A stretch of 11,144 nt of DNA from a virus. This document shows positions 1-5,040 of this stretch, one piece after another. Each line of letters opens with the position of its first letter. The stretch's first letter is position 1. The stretch spans positions 1 through 11,144 of the IMG/VR virus record IMGVR_UViG_3300027863_000702. The stretch is one strand, 5' to 3'. The position numbers were made by a program, and so were the translations under genes. The notes beneath the pieces were generated by a model. That model was not told the DNA's origin. It worked only from the letters and a program-made list of their open reading frames with translations, and ran no database searches.

Positions 1-127
1 GGATTAAAAGATGATGATTTTGTTGATGGATATGAACAGATTTAAGTTATTCGGTTTACCGAAAGTCTTAAAAAGTTCGGTTAACTGCTTTAATGCATGG
101 TTAACGAAGCAGAATTAAGAGACCGAA
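1..127. repeat. Terminal direct repeat, copy 1 (identical to 11018-11144). Circularisation overlap or terminal redundancy.
   Basis: Base-by-base comparison of 1-127 with 11018-11144 shows 127/127 identity. It contains the last 45 nt of CDS 10646-11062, a promoter, and the first 31 nt of CDS 97-483. Confidence 0.97.
50..81 (+). promoter_or_regulatory. Class-A archaeal-type BRE/TATA promoter (ACCGAAAGTCTTAAAAAG, 58-75) embedded in TTCGGT/ACCGAA/TTCGGT inverted repeats
   Basis: ACCGAAA starts 39 nt upstream of the ATG at 97. The same motif recurs at 1622, 2526 and 10343 at 38 nt from an ATG. The hexamers TTCGGT (50-55), ACCGAA (58-63) and TTCGGT (76-81) bracket the TATA element. Confidence 0.6.
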
Positions 128-483
128 AAGACGACCCTGTAGATTTCTATTGTGCTGATGGAACAGGCATAGCAAAAGGAACGCTTCTTAAATTAAGTGA
201 CGCAAGAGTTGTTTCAGCAGCGGACAGCGAAGGTTGTGTATGCGCTGGAATTGCAGCAAGGGAAAAAGTAGCTAATGATGGCAGAACAAGAATTGCAGTT
301 TATCAGCAAGGCATTTTTGACATGGTAGCAAGCGGGGCTATTGCAGTAGGATCTAAGCTTATAGCCGCAGGTACTAACAATCAAGTTAAAGCAGGGAATG
401 CTCAATCTGGAGCGGCTGTAATTGGCTACGCCTTAGAGACCGCAACAGACGGAGAAAGAATACAAGTGAGGTTAATGTTATAA
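97..483 (+). CDS. Head decoration/cement-like protein (DUF2190-like), 128 aa
   Basis: Small beta-rich protein located directly upstream of the capsid gene. Its pattern GTLLKLS...GIAAREKV..G.RIAVYQQGIFDM...AI.VGSKL...G..NQV......AVIGYALE.A.DGE.IQVRLM resembles the DUF2190 / phage head-decoration family. A leaderless-type promoter lies upstream. Confidence 0.6.
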   Translation: MVNEAELRDRKDDPVDFYCADGTGIAKGTLLKLSDARVVSAADSEGCVCAGIAAREKVANDGRTRIAVYQQGIFDMVASGAIAVGSKLIAAGTNNQVKAGNAQSGAAVIGYALETATDGERIQVRLML

Positions 484-484
484 A

Positions 485-1342
485 ATGGCATCAGGAGTAG
501 AAACCAACGAGATAAGAGGCCTTGACATAGACAAGGCGGTAAAGGGCTTCGCCTTAAGAGAATATAACTTCTTAGAGGAATGTTTAGTCTCGGCTATGTC
601 TGGAGACAGCCTAAGATGGTATCAAGAAACAGCAAGCGACTTAACTGCTACAACACCAACAGACCTTAATGTTTCACCACTCAGCAGTTTTCCATATTTG
701 GAGGTAACTTGGACAAGGCAAACGAGCTATGTCCAGAAATATGCAGCAGAAGGGTTTATTTCTTTAGAAGACGCAAAAAGCGCGGATATTGATGTAGTCA
801 CAAGAACATTACTCAGACTTACAAGAGCAGTTATTAAAAAAAGGGACATTGCAATTTATTCAGTCTTCCAAGGAGCAAGCAACAGCTTTGCCGTCACAAG
901 CATAGGCGGGGCAACATGGGACGCGGTAAGCGGACAAGACCCAATTAAAGACCTTCTACATGCACAATATCTTATTAGCAGCCAAGATTATGACGCAAGA
1001 GGAGCCTCGCTCTTACTCAATCCTTATGACTACAAAAGCTTAATAACATGGCTTATTTCCTCTAAAGGAACTTATTTCACAGGATTCAGTAGTGATACTT
1101 TGCAATCGGGAAGAGTTTTAGAAATTTTGGGCCTGAGAATAAAAGTTTCTAATAATGTAACAGCTGGAGAGGCTATTGTTATAGTTCCTCAAAGGGCAGT
1201 AACATGGAAAGAATTCACGCCTATTACTGCGAGAACTATTGAAGAAGTTGGAATAGGCTATAAAATAAGGGTATGGTGTTTGGGAGTTGCTATAATGACT
1301 GACCCTTATGCTGCATGCAGATTAACCAATCTAAAGACCTAA
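485..1342 (+). CDS. Major capsid protein, HK97-fold candidate (285 aa, no delta domain)
   Basis: The size matches a mature HK97-type MCP. It sits immediately after the decoration gene (stop 483, ATG 485, GAGGT SD upstream). A long helix-like segment DVVTRTLLRLTRAVIKKRDIAIY and a LLLNPYDYKSL segment are typical of the family. Gene order is scaffold-like, then decoration, then MCP. Confidence 0.7.
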   Translation: MASGVETNEIRGLDIDKAVKGFALREYNFLEECLVSAMSGDSLRWYQETASDLTATTPTDLNVSPLSSFPYLEVTWTRQTSYVQKYAAEGFISLEDAKSADIDVVTRTLLRLTRAVIKKRDIAIYSVFQGASNSFAVTSIGGATWDAVSGQDPIKDLLHAQYLISSQDYDARGASLLLNPYDYKSLITWLISSKGTYFTGFSSDTLQSGRVLEILGLRIKVSNNVTAGEAIVIVPQRAVTWKEFTPITARTIEEVGIGYKIRVWCLGVAIMTDPYAACRLTNLKT

Positions 1343-1343
1343 A

Positions 1344-1469
1344 ATGGTTTATGAAAAAGTGTATTTGTTTAATACAGAAATTGAAAGAGATAATTTTGAG
1401 AAAGAAGTAGAGGAAAAAGTTTTAAAAAAACCTGTAATAATAGAAAATGATGAGGGAGGTATAGTTTAA
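1344..1469 (+). CDS. Small acidic hypothetical protein, 41 aa (not in ORF track)
   Basis: Hand translation gives MVYEKVYLFNTEIERDNFEKEVEEKVLKKPVIIENDEGGIV. The start is 1 nt after the MCP stop, and its stop overlaps the next start (TAATG). It fills an otherwise empty gap in a tightly packed operon. Confidence 0.45.
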   Translation: MVYEKVYLFNTEIERDNFEKEVEEKVLKKPVIIENDEGGIV

Positions 1470-1633
1470 TGGCTGCTGGAGATGTTGAAGTGAGAATTGT
1501 AAAAGCAACGGCTGATTTAGTAGATACTGCCCTAACTCAAATGAGAGCAACAGCTGGCCCTAATGGAAAATATGGCATGGTGTCAATCCAAAACGGCCAA
1601 TATATTCTTATTTGGGCTATAACCGAAACTTAA
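1469..1633 (+). CDS. Small structural-module protein, 54 aa. Domain-less paralog of the LamG protein's N and C termini (not in ORF track).
   Basis: Hand translation gives MAAGDVEVRIVKATADLVDTALTQMRATAGPNGKYGMVSIQNGQYILIWAITET. GGAGGT SD at 1455-1460. The N-terminus MAAGDVEV matches MAVGDVQV of CDS 1660-2526, and the tail resembles that protein's C-terminus. Confidence 0.6.
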   Translation: MAAGDVEVRIVKATADLVDTALTQMRATAGPNGKYGMVSIQNGQYILIWAITET

Positions 1634-1637
1634 ATAA
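1622..1637 (+). promoter_or_regulatory. Class-A BRE/TATA promoter (ACCGAAACTTAAATAA) for the LamG gene
   Basis: ACCGAAA starts exactly 38 nt upstream of the ATG at 1660. There is no SD in between, which is consistent with a leaderless mRNA. Confidence 0.6.
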
Positions 1638-1659
1638 ACTTTGATTTTTTCTCTAATTT

Positions 1660-2526
1660 ATGGCGGTTGGAGATGTTCAAGTTCTATTTGCAGATGTAGT
1701 TACAAGAAGTAATTTTCATGACGCGATAAGCAGCAATATCTCGATTAATGACGGAATGGTATTTAACGGAACAAACAGCTACGCTTATATACCTAATTTT
1801 GATTTAAGCGACACAAAACAGATAACCTTTTCATTCTGGATTTATCCCACGGCCAGAACTCTCTGTTGCATATGTGAGCACAGCGCTAACTCAAGCGCTA
1901 ATAATGCTTTTTTCGTTAATTTTGAGTCTGGCTCGGCTGCAGATAAAGTGAAATTTGCTATAAGAGACCATGAAAGCACAACGAATTGGTATAACATTTT
2001 TAAAACCATTAAAGAGTATCCAATAAATAACTGGTACCATGTGGCCATAACTAAAGACAGAACTCAAGAAGGACGAGAACAAACAAAAATATGGGTTAAC
2101 GGAACGCAAGATTATGCCATCTATTCTAATTATTACAATACTCTTACCTCATATTTCGAAAATAATACTTTGTATATTGGAACGAGAGGTAATGTTGCTT
2201 ATTTTCTTTATGGTAGATTATGCAACTTTTTAATTTATAAAAGAATTTTAAATGAAAGAGAAATTAAAGACTTATATAACAGCGGCAGAACATCTTATGC
2301 AGTTGTTACCGACGGGCTCTATGTCGAATATTCTGGACGAGATTTCGAAGGCAGTTCATCAAGCCCGACGCTAATTTATGATACCAGAAGTATTACCCGC
2401 GCGATGTTTCAACCTAAAATAATAACACAAGTATTAAGAGAATTGCGCACCAATGCAAACACCAAATATTTAGCTGCGGAAATTAACGGAAAAATTATGT
2501 TTGCTGGAATTGAGGAAGCAGCCTAA
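1660..2526 (+). CDS. LamG / concanavalin-A-like lectin-domain protein (288 aa). Candidate host-adhesion or capsid/vertex-displayed protein.
   Basis: Segments typical of Laminin_G_3-type domains: FNGTNSYAYIP......ITFSFWIYP, WYHVAITKD, KIWVNGT, LYIGTRGN, and F.GRLCNFLIYKRILNEREIKDLYNSG. The gene has its own promoter directly after the capsid operon. Confidence 0.75.
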   Translation: MAVGDVQVLFADVVTRSNFHDAISSNISINDGMVFNGTNSYAYIPNFDLSDTKQITFSFWIYPTARTLCCICEHSANSSANNAFFVNFESGSAADKVKFAIRDHESTTNWYNIFKTIKEYPINNWYHVAITKDRTQEGREQTKIWVNGTQDYAIYSNYYNTLTSYFENNTLYIGTRGNVAYFLYGRLCNFLIYKRILNEREIKDLYNSGRTSYAVVTDGLYVEYSGRDFEGSSSSPTLIYDTRSITRAMFQPKIITQVLRELRTNANTKYLAAEINGKIMFAGIEEAA

Positions 2527-2542
2527 CCGAAAGATTTAAATA
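2526..2542 (+). promoter_or_regulatory. Class-A BRE/TATA promoter (ACCGAAAGATTTAAATA)
   Basis: ACCGAAA starts 38 nt upstream of the ATG at 2564. It overlaps the stop codon of the LamG gene. Confidence 0.6.
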
Positions 2543-2563
2543 TTAGTGTGTGCTTTATCTTCT

Positions 2564-2773
2564 ATGGAAACTCAAGTAATCAAACAAGAAAAACCTAACT
2601 CATGGGAATTTGGAAAAGCGGCGAACCGCTTTAAGATATATTTTGATACTCCAACGGACTTAAAAGAAACAATTAAAGCCTTACATAAAGAAGGGTTTTT
2701 AAAGGACTTTGATGAGCTTATGAAAGATATTGAAGTGTTATCGAAAGTAAAGGAGCGGCAAGATGAATATTAA
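2564..2773 (+). CDS. Hypothetical small protein (69 aa from ATG 2564; the ORF track starts at GTG 2546)
   Basis: Open frame with plausible protein composition. I prefer ATG 2564 because it lies at the conserved 38-nt spacing from the class-A promoter. The next gene overlaps its end. Confidence 0.6.
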   Translation: METQVIKQEKPNSWEFGKAANRFKIYFDTPTDLKETIKALHKEGFLKDFDELMKDIEVLSKVKERQDEY

Positions 2774-3131
2774 AGGAAAAATTGAGAAAATCGGAAGCAG
2801 ACAAGGAAAAACACAATTTGGTAAAAGTTATACCTTATACGAAATTTACATTAATGGAAAAAAATACACTTTCTTTAATGAGCAATTTTTAAATGGGTTA
2901 GATGTTGGGGATTATGTTGAGGTTTCTCTAGAAAAGAAGGGCCTATATAATGAAGTCCAAAATATTGTTAAAATAACCAAAGAGGAAGCTGAAAAGGCGG
3001 CGGAAAACGAACCTAAAAATAAAACAGCTTATGAAATAAACGAACTTCTCAAATTAATTTTAGCTGAGCTAAAAGAATTAAATCAAACAACAAAAACAAC
3101 ATGGGTGAAAGTGCAAGATGGCAAACCTTAA
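2763..3131 (+). CDS. Hypothetical protein, possible OB-fold nucleic-acid-binding N-domain plus helical C-tail (122 aa)
   Basis: AGGAG SD upstream. The N-terminal beta-rich pattern MNIKGKIEKIGS..G......Y.L.EI.INGKKY......GL.VGDYVEVSL.KKG.YN.V is reminiscent of OB folds. This fold guess is weak. Confidence 0.55.
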   Translation: MNIKGKIEKIGSRQGKTQFGKSYTLYEIYINGKKYTFFNEQFLNGLDVGDYVEVSLEKKGLYNEVQNIVKITKEEAEKAAENEPKNKTAYEINELLKLILAELKELNQTTKTTWVKVQDGKP

Positions 3132-3342
3132 ACAACGAACTCAAAAAATTGAATGGTTAAAGGGCGTAATAGCCGCTTTTAATGAGAAATATCCTTTAAA
3201 ACCAATGTCAAAAGATAAACTTATCGCGGAATTTTGCTTAACCTTTAACTCAACTGAAAGAACGGCTAAAGAATGTCTTAAAATATTGGCCAACACCGGC
3301 TTTATAATACTGGACAAAAAAGAGGTGCAAAAAAGATGCTGA
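3118..3342 (+). CDS. Small winged-helix-like DNA-binding protein (74 aa)
   Basis: The C-terminal pattern STERTAKECLKILANTGFIILDKKEV looks like a recognition helix followed by a beta wing. It overlaps the preceding gene by 14 nt. Confidence 0.6.
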   Translation: MANLKQRTQKIEWLKGVIAAFNEKYPLKPMSKDKLIAEFCLTFNSTERTAKECLKILANTGFIILDKKEVQKRC

Positions 3343-3515
3343 AGTATAGGCCTCTTACAATAAGGCAACTGGTGGACCTTATTTTATCGTTGGAAATACT
3401 TCATTTCTTTTTTGATGTAATTTTATGAACATTTGTGTCAATTTTTCTACAGAAGCTTATCTGCAGTTAATTTTATTATTGCTGCTTTTCTTGATTTTCT
3501 ACGAGGTGTATAAAA

Positions 3516-3692
3516 ATGTTAGAAAATGAGGAATTAGGCCTAAAGGTTGCGGAAAATGAGGAAGAGGCCTTTTGGCAAGAAATCATAGACAGCACAAAAA
3601 AAGACATTGAACGCCTTGAAAAACTTTTAAAATTCAATAAAGCGGTGTTAGAATTAGCCGAAAATAAAATAAATGCCATACAGAAAAATTAG
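3516..3692 (+). CDS. Small acidic coiled-coil protein, 58 aa (not in ORF track)
   Basis: Hand translation gives MLENEELGLKVAENEEEAFWQEIIDSTKKDIERLEKLLKFNKAVLELAENKINAIQKN. AGGTG SD lies 8 nt upstream. The listed antisense ORF 3476-3679 has S/F-rich shadow-like composition. Confidence 0.55.
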   Translation: MLENEELGLKVAENEEEAFWQEIIDSTKKDIERLEKLLKFNKAVLELAENKINAIQKN

Positions 3693-3849
3693 ACATTGCA
3701 TAAGCTGCGGTAAGCTTTTGGGCCGTTCTTCAAAAATATATTGCTCTCGTTGCCTCATGAAAAAAAACCGCTGGAAAAAGAACGATGACTTACATAAATA
3801 TTTCTCCGTCTTTGATTTCAATAAGGCCTGCTTTTTCGAATGTTTCTAA
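3673..3849 (+). CDS. Zinc-ribbon miniprotein B, 58 aa (CxxC-N10-CxxC). Paralog of 5498-5629 (not in ORF track).
   Basis: Hand translation gives MPYRKIRHCISCGKLLGRSSKIYCSRCLMKKNRWKKNDDLHKYFSVFDFNKACFFECF. It shares R..C..CGK...Y.C..C....WKKN with the other zinc-ribbon ORF. No clear SD. The last 60 nt overlap the convergent gene 3790-4002. Confidence 0.4.
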   Translation: MPYRKIRHCISCGKLLGRSSKIYCSRCLMKKNRWKKNDDLHKYFSVFDFNKACFFECF

Positions 3850-4002
3850 TTGTTCCTTGACTTCTTTTATTTTAACCCCTACATTAACCGCTATTTGGGC
3901 CGCTAAACTCTCAAAATTAGCCCTTTTATCTTCTGCCTGCTTTATGCTGTCAATTATTCGCCATATGGCCTTATTTATTCTCTCAGTTTTGCTTTGATAC
4001 AT
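3790..4002 (-). CDS. Small winged-helix-like DNA-binding protein (70 aa)
   Basis: Helical N-part, then LAAQIAVNVGVKIKEVKEQLETFEKAGLIEIKDGEI, which looks like a wHTH recognition helix plus wing. It is coupled to the upstream RHH gene (2-nt gap) with a GGAGG SD. Confidence 0.6.
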   Translation of the reverse strand: MYQSKTERINKAIWRIIDSIKQAEDKRANFESLAAQIAVNVGVKIKEVKEQLETFEKAGLIEIKDGEIFM

Positions 4003-4004
4003 CT

Positions 4005-4421
4005 TTATTCACCTCCTTTCATCTTTTGGTATTCTTTAAAGGCATTAAGAACTTGTTCATAAGTTATGTTGTATTTGAAATAGAGGTTTTTGTATCGGTT
4101 TAGCAAGCTTTGTTCGGTTAATGAAGGAAAAGAGCGAAAATCCTCTAAAATTTCATTTGGTAAGTCTCTAAATACTTCTCTCATTTGTTCTTTTTTCTTT
4201 TTAATTATTTCAAGCGCTTCTAAGGTCTGTTTTAACTCCAATTCTTTCTCAGCTATTTCTTTTTTCAAAGTTATTACATTCTGCTCCAAATCTTTCTCTT
4301 TTAAATCATCTCCAGACAAAAAGAAGTTTTTCAATAATTTTTCAATTAAAGCTGATGTATTGGTTTCTTTTAATTTGTTTATTAATTGTTCATCTAAATA
4401 GATAGTTGTTATTTTTTTCAT
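4005..4421 (-). CDS. Ribbon-helix-helix (CopG/Arc/MetJ-like) transcriptional regulator with long coiled-coil C-domain (138 aa)
   Basis: The N-terminus KKITTIYLDEQLINKLKETNTSALIEKLLKNFF fits a beta-strand/helix/helix RHH pattern. It is the first gene of the only minus-strand operon and diverges from the non-coding control region. Confidence 0.65.
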   Translation of the reverse strand: MKKITTIYLDEQLINKLKETNTSALIEKLLKNFFLSGDDLKEKDLEQNVITLKKEIAEKELELKQTLEALEIIKKKKEQMREVFRDLPNEILEDFRSFPSLTEQSLLNRYKNLYFKYNITYEQVLNAFKEYQKMKGGE

Positions 4422-4444
4422 GTCTAAATAAGTGTGTGTGTTTG

Positions 4445-4459
4445 TATTTATAAATATTT
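4445..4459 (-). promoter_or_regulatory. Class-B TATA promoter for the minus-strand RHH operon (minus strand reads AAATATTTATAAATACAAACACACAC...ATG)
   Basis: TTTATAAATA ends 23 nt upstream of the ATG at 4421, with no SD. It shares TATAAATACA followed by a CA/CG alternating tract with the promoter at 5135. Confidence 0.55.
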
Positions 4460-4476
4460 CTATTTTCTATTATATA

Positions 4477-4617
4477 TTTTTTTTATTTTTTTTTATTTTT
4501 TTATTTTTTTAGGCTATTTTATTTTTACAAAAAATTATTTATTTAATAAATAAATAAATAGGATTTTGATTAATGTTAATTCCTTAAAAAAAATAAAAAA
4601 AGAAAAAATAAAAAAAA
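4477..4617. repeat. A/T-tract inverted repeat around a 23-nt palindrome. Putative replication origin / DNA-unwinding element.
   Basis: T8-A-T9-A-T7-A-T7 (4477-4510) is mirrored by A8-T-A7-G-A6-T-A8 (4586-4617). The perfect palindrome TTATTTATTTA-A-TAAATAAATAA (4535-4557) lies between them. No ORF is present. Confidence 0.5.
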
Positions 4618-4675
4618 TTTCCCTTTCTGAGAACCCTTAATTTGCGCATTATTTTTTTTGTTTTTGGGTATTAAC

Positions 4676-4736
4676 GCGCCTCGCAGGCCACTTTATCCGG
4701 CATATCTAAAGATATGCCTGTGGCCATGCTCGGCGC
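4676..4736. other. 61-nt composite GC-rich hairpin (hairpin 0)
   Basis: Pairings: GCGCC (4676-4680) with GGCGC (4732-4736); GCA with TGC; GGCCAC (4686-4691) with GTGGCC (4720-4725); GGCATATCT (4699-4707) with AGATATGCC (4710-4718). Confidence 0.6.
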
Positions 4737-4828
4737 TAATAAGCCTTATAAAGCCCATATATGAGGTTTTTAGGCTTTTTGGCTTTTTTGAATTTTATGA
4801 TTTTTTTGGATGGTTTTTAGGGGGACTT

Positions 4829-4883
4829 AGGCTTTTTGCGAAAAAAGAGGGGGTTAGGGGGTGAATTTTTTCGCAAAAAGCCT
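4829..4883. other. Hairpin 1: perfect 18-bp AT-rich stem with 19-nt loop GAGGGGGTTAGGGGGTGAA
   Basis: AGGCTTTTTGCGAAAAAA (4829-4846) is the exact reverse complement of TTTTTTCGCAAAAAGCCT (4866-4883). The loop at 4847-4865 is identical to the loop of hairpin 3. Confidence 0.85.
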
Positions 4884-4928
4884 TTATAAGCCGTAAAAAT
4901 GCAATATAAGGGGGTTTTGGTATGTTAC

Positions 4929-4979
4929 GCCAAAGCCCCGGAATAACAAAGGGGGTTTAAAGATGTCCGGGGCTTTGGC
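4929..4979. other. Hairpin 2: perfect 14-bp stem with 23-nt loop containing AAGGGGGTTT
   Basis: GCCAAAGCCCCGGA (4929-4942) is the exact reverse complement of TCCGGGGCTTTGGC (4966-4979). The loop is ATAACAAAGGGGGTTTAAAGATG. Confidence 0.85.
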
Positions 4980-4984
4980 AATAA

Positions 4985-5025
4985 CCCCGGCGCAAGAGGG
5001 GGTTAGGGGGTGAATTGCGCCGGGG
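4985..5025. other. Hairpin 3: perfect 11-bp GC-rich stem with the same 19-nt loop GAGGGGGTTAGGGGGTGAA
   Basis: CCCCGGCGCAA (4985-4995) is the exact reverse complement of TTGCGCCGGGG (5015-5025). The loop is at 4996-5014. Confidence 0.85.
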
Positions 5026-5040
5026 GCTATTTTGGCCTAA

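Noticed and set aside
214-405. 63-aa minus-strand ORF inside the decoration gene
   Set aside because: It lies entirely within a better-supported + strand gene. It is Cys-rich and implausible, with no expression signals.
1842-2109. Two minus-strand ORFs (1842-2048 and 1891-2109) inside the LamG gene
   Set aside because: They are antisense shadows within a gene that has clear LamG motifs.
2546-2563. GTG start at 2546 for the 75-aa ORF
   Set aside because: The upstream extension would begin inside the promoter's initiator region. ATG 2564 sits at the same 38-nt distance from ACCGAAA as three other operon-first genes.
3141-3368. 75-aa minus-strand ORF opposite the 74-aa wHTH gene
   Set aside because: It is a shadow ORF. 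The + strand frame is translationally coupled to the upstream gene and has a DNA-binding-like sequence.
3425-3529. 34-aa hydrophobic mini-ORF (MNICVNFSTEAYLQLILLLLLFLIFYEVYKNVRK)
   Set aside because: It has no SD or promoter geometry and overlaps the better-supported start at 3516. A leucine run from T-rich intergenic DNA is expected by chance. It cannot be excluded as a tiny membrane peptide.
3476-3679. 67-aa minus-strand ORF
   Set aside because: Its S/F/N-rich low-complexity translation is typical of the antisense shadow of an E/K-rich gene. The + strand ORF 3516-3692 has an AGGTG SD and a plausible helical protein sequence.
3516-3849. Programmed frameshift fusing ORF 3516-3692 to the zinc-ribbon ORF 3673-3849
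   Set aside because: The required shift is +1 and there is no canonical slippery heptamer or downstream structure. The second frame has its own ATG, so independent initiation is the simpler explanation.
3785-3997. 70-aa + strand ORF antisense to the wHTH gene
   Set aside because: It is a shadow ORF with hydrophobic/Ser-rich composition and no start context. The minus-strand frame gives a credible wHTH protein coupled to the RHH gene.
4090-4401. 103-aa + strand ORF antisense to the RHH gene
   Set aside because: It is a shadow of a K/E-rich coiled-coil gene with an S/F-rich low-complexity product.
4005-4421. RHH plus small partner as a toxin-antitoxin pair
   Set aside because: The downstream 70-aa protein looks like a wHTH DNA binder, not a known toxin fold. 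The RHH protein has a long coiled-coil extension more typical of viral regulators.
4660-4745. Possible tRNA, tRNA-like attP fragment or tmRNA piece in the GC-rich patch
   Set aside because: The pairing pattern is one long nested hairpin, not a cloverleaf. There is no acceptor, D or T arm arrangement and no GTTCRANNC-type T-loop. No integrase is encoded.
4658-4864. 68-aa + strand ORF in the non-coding control region
   Set aside because: It starts at a TTG and has no promoter or SD context. Its odd F/L/G-rich composition simply reflects T-runs and G-runs. It is built from the hairpins and direct repeats, which explain the sequence better than coding does.
4847-5014. Possible mini-CRISPR array, given the identical 19-nt sequence twice
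   Set aside because: There are only two copies, about 150 nt apart, which is far beyond CRISPR spacer lengths. Each copy is a hairpin loop rather than a repeat unit, and no cas genes are present.
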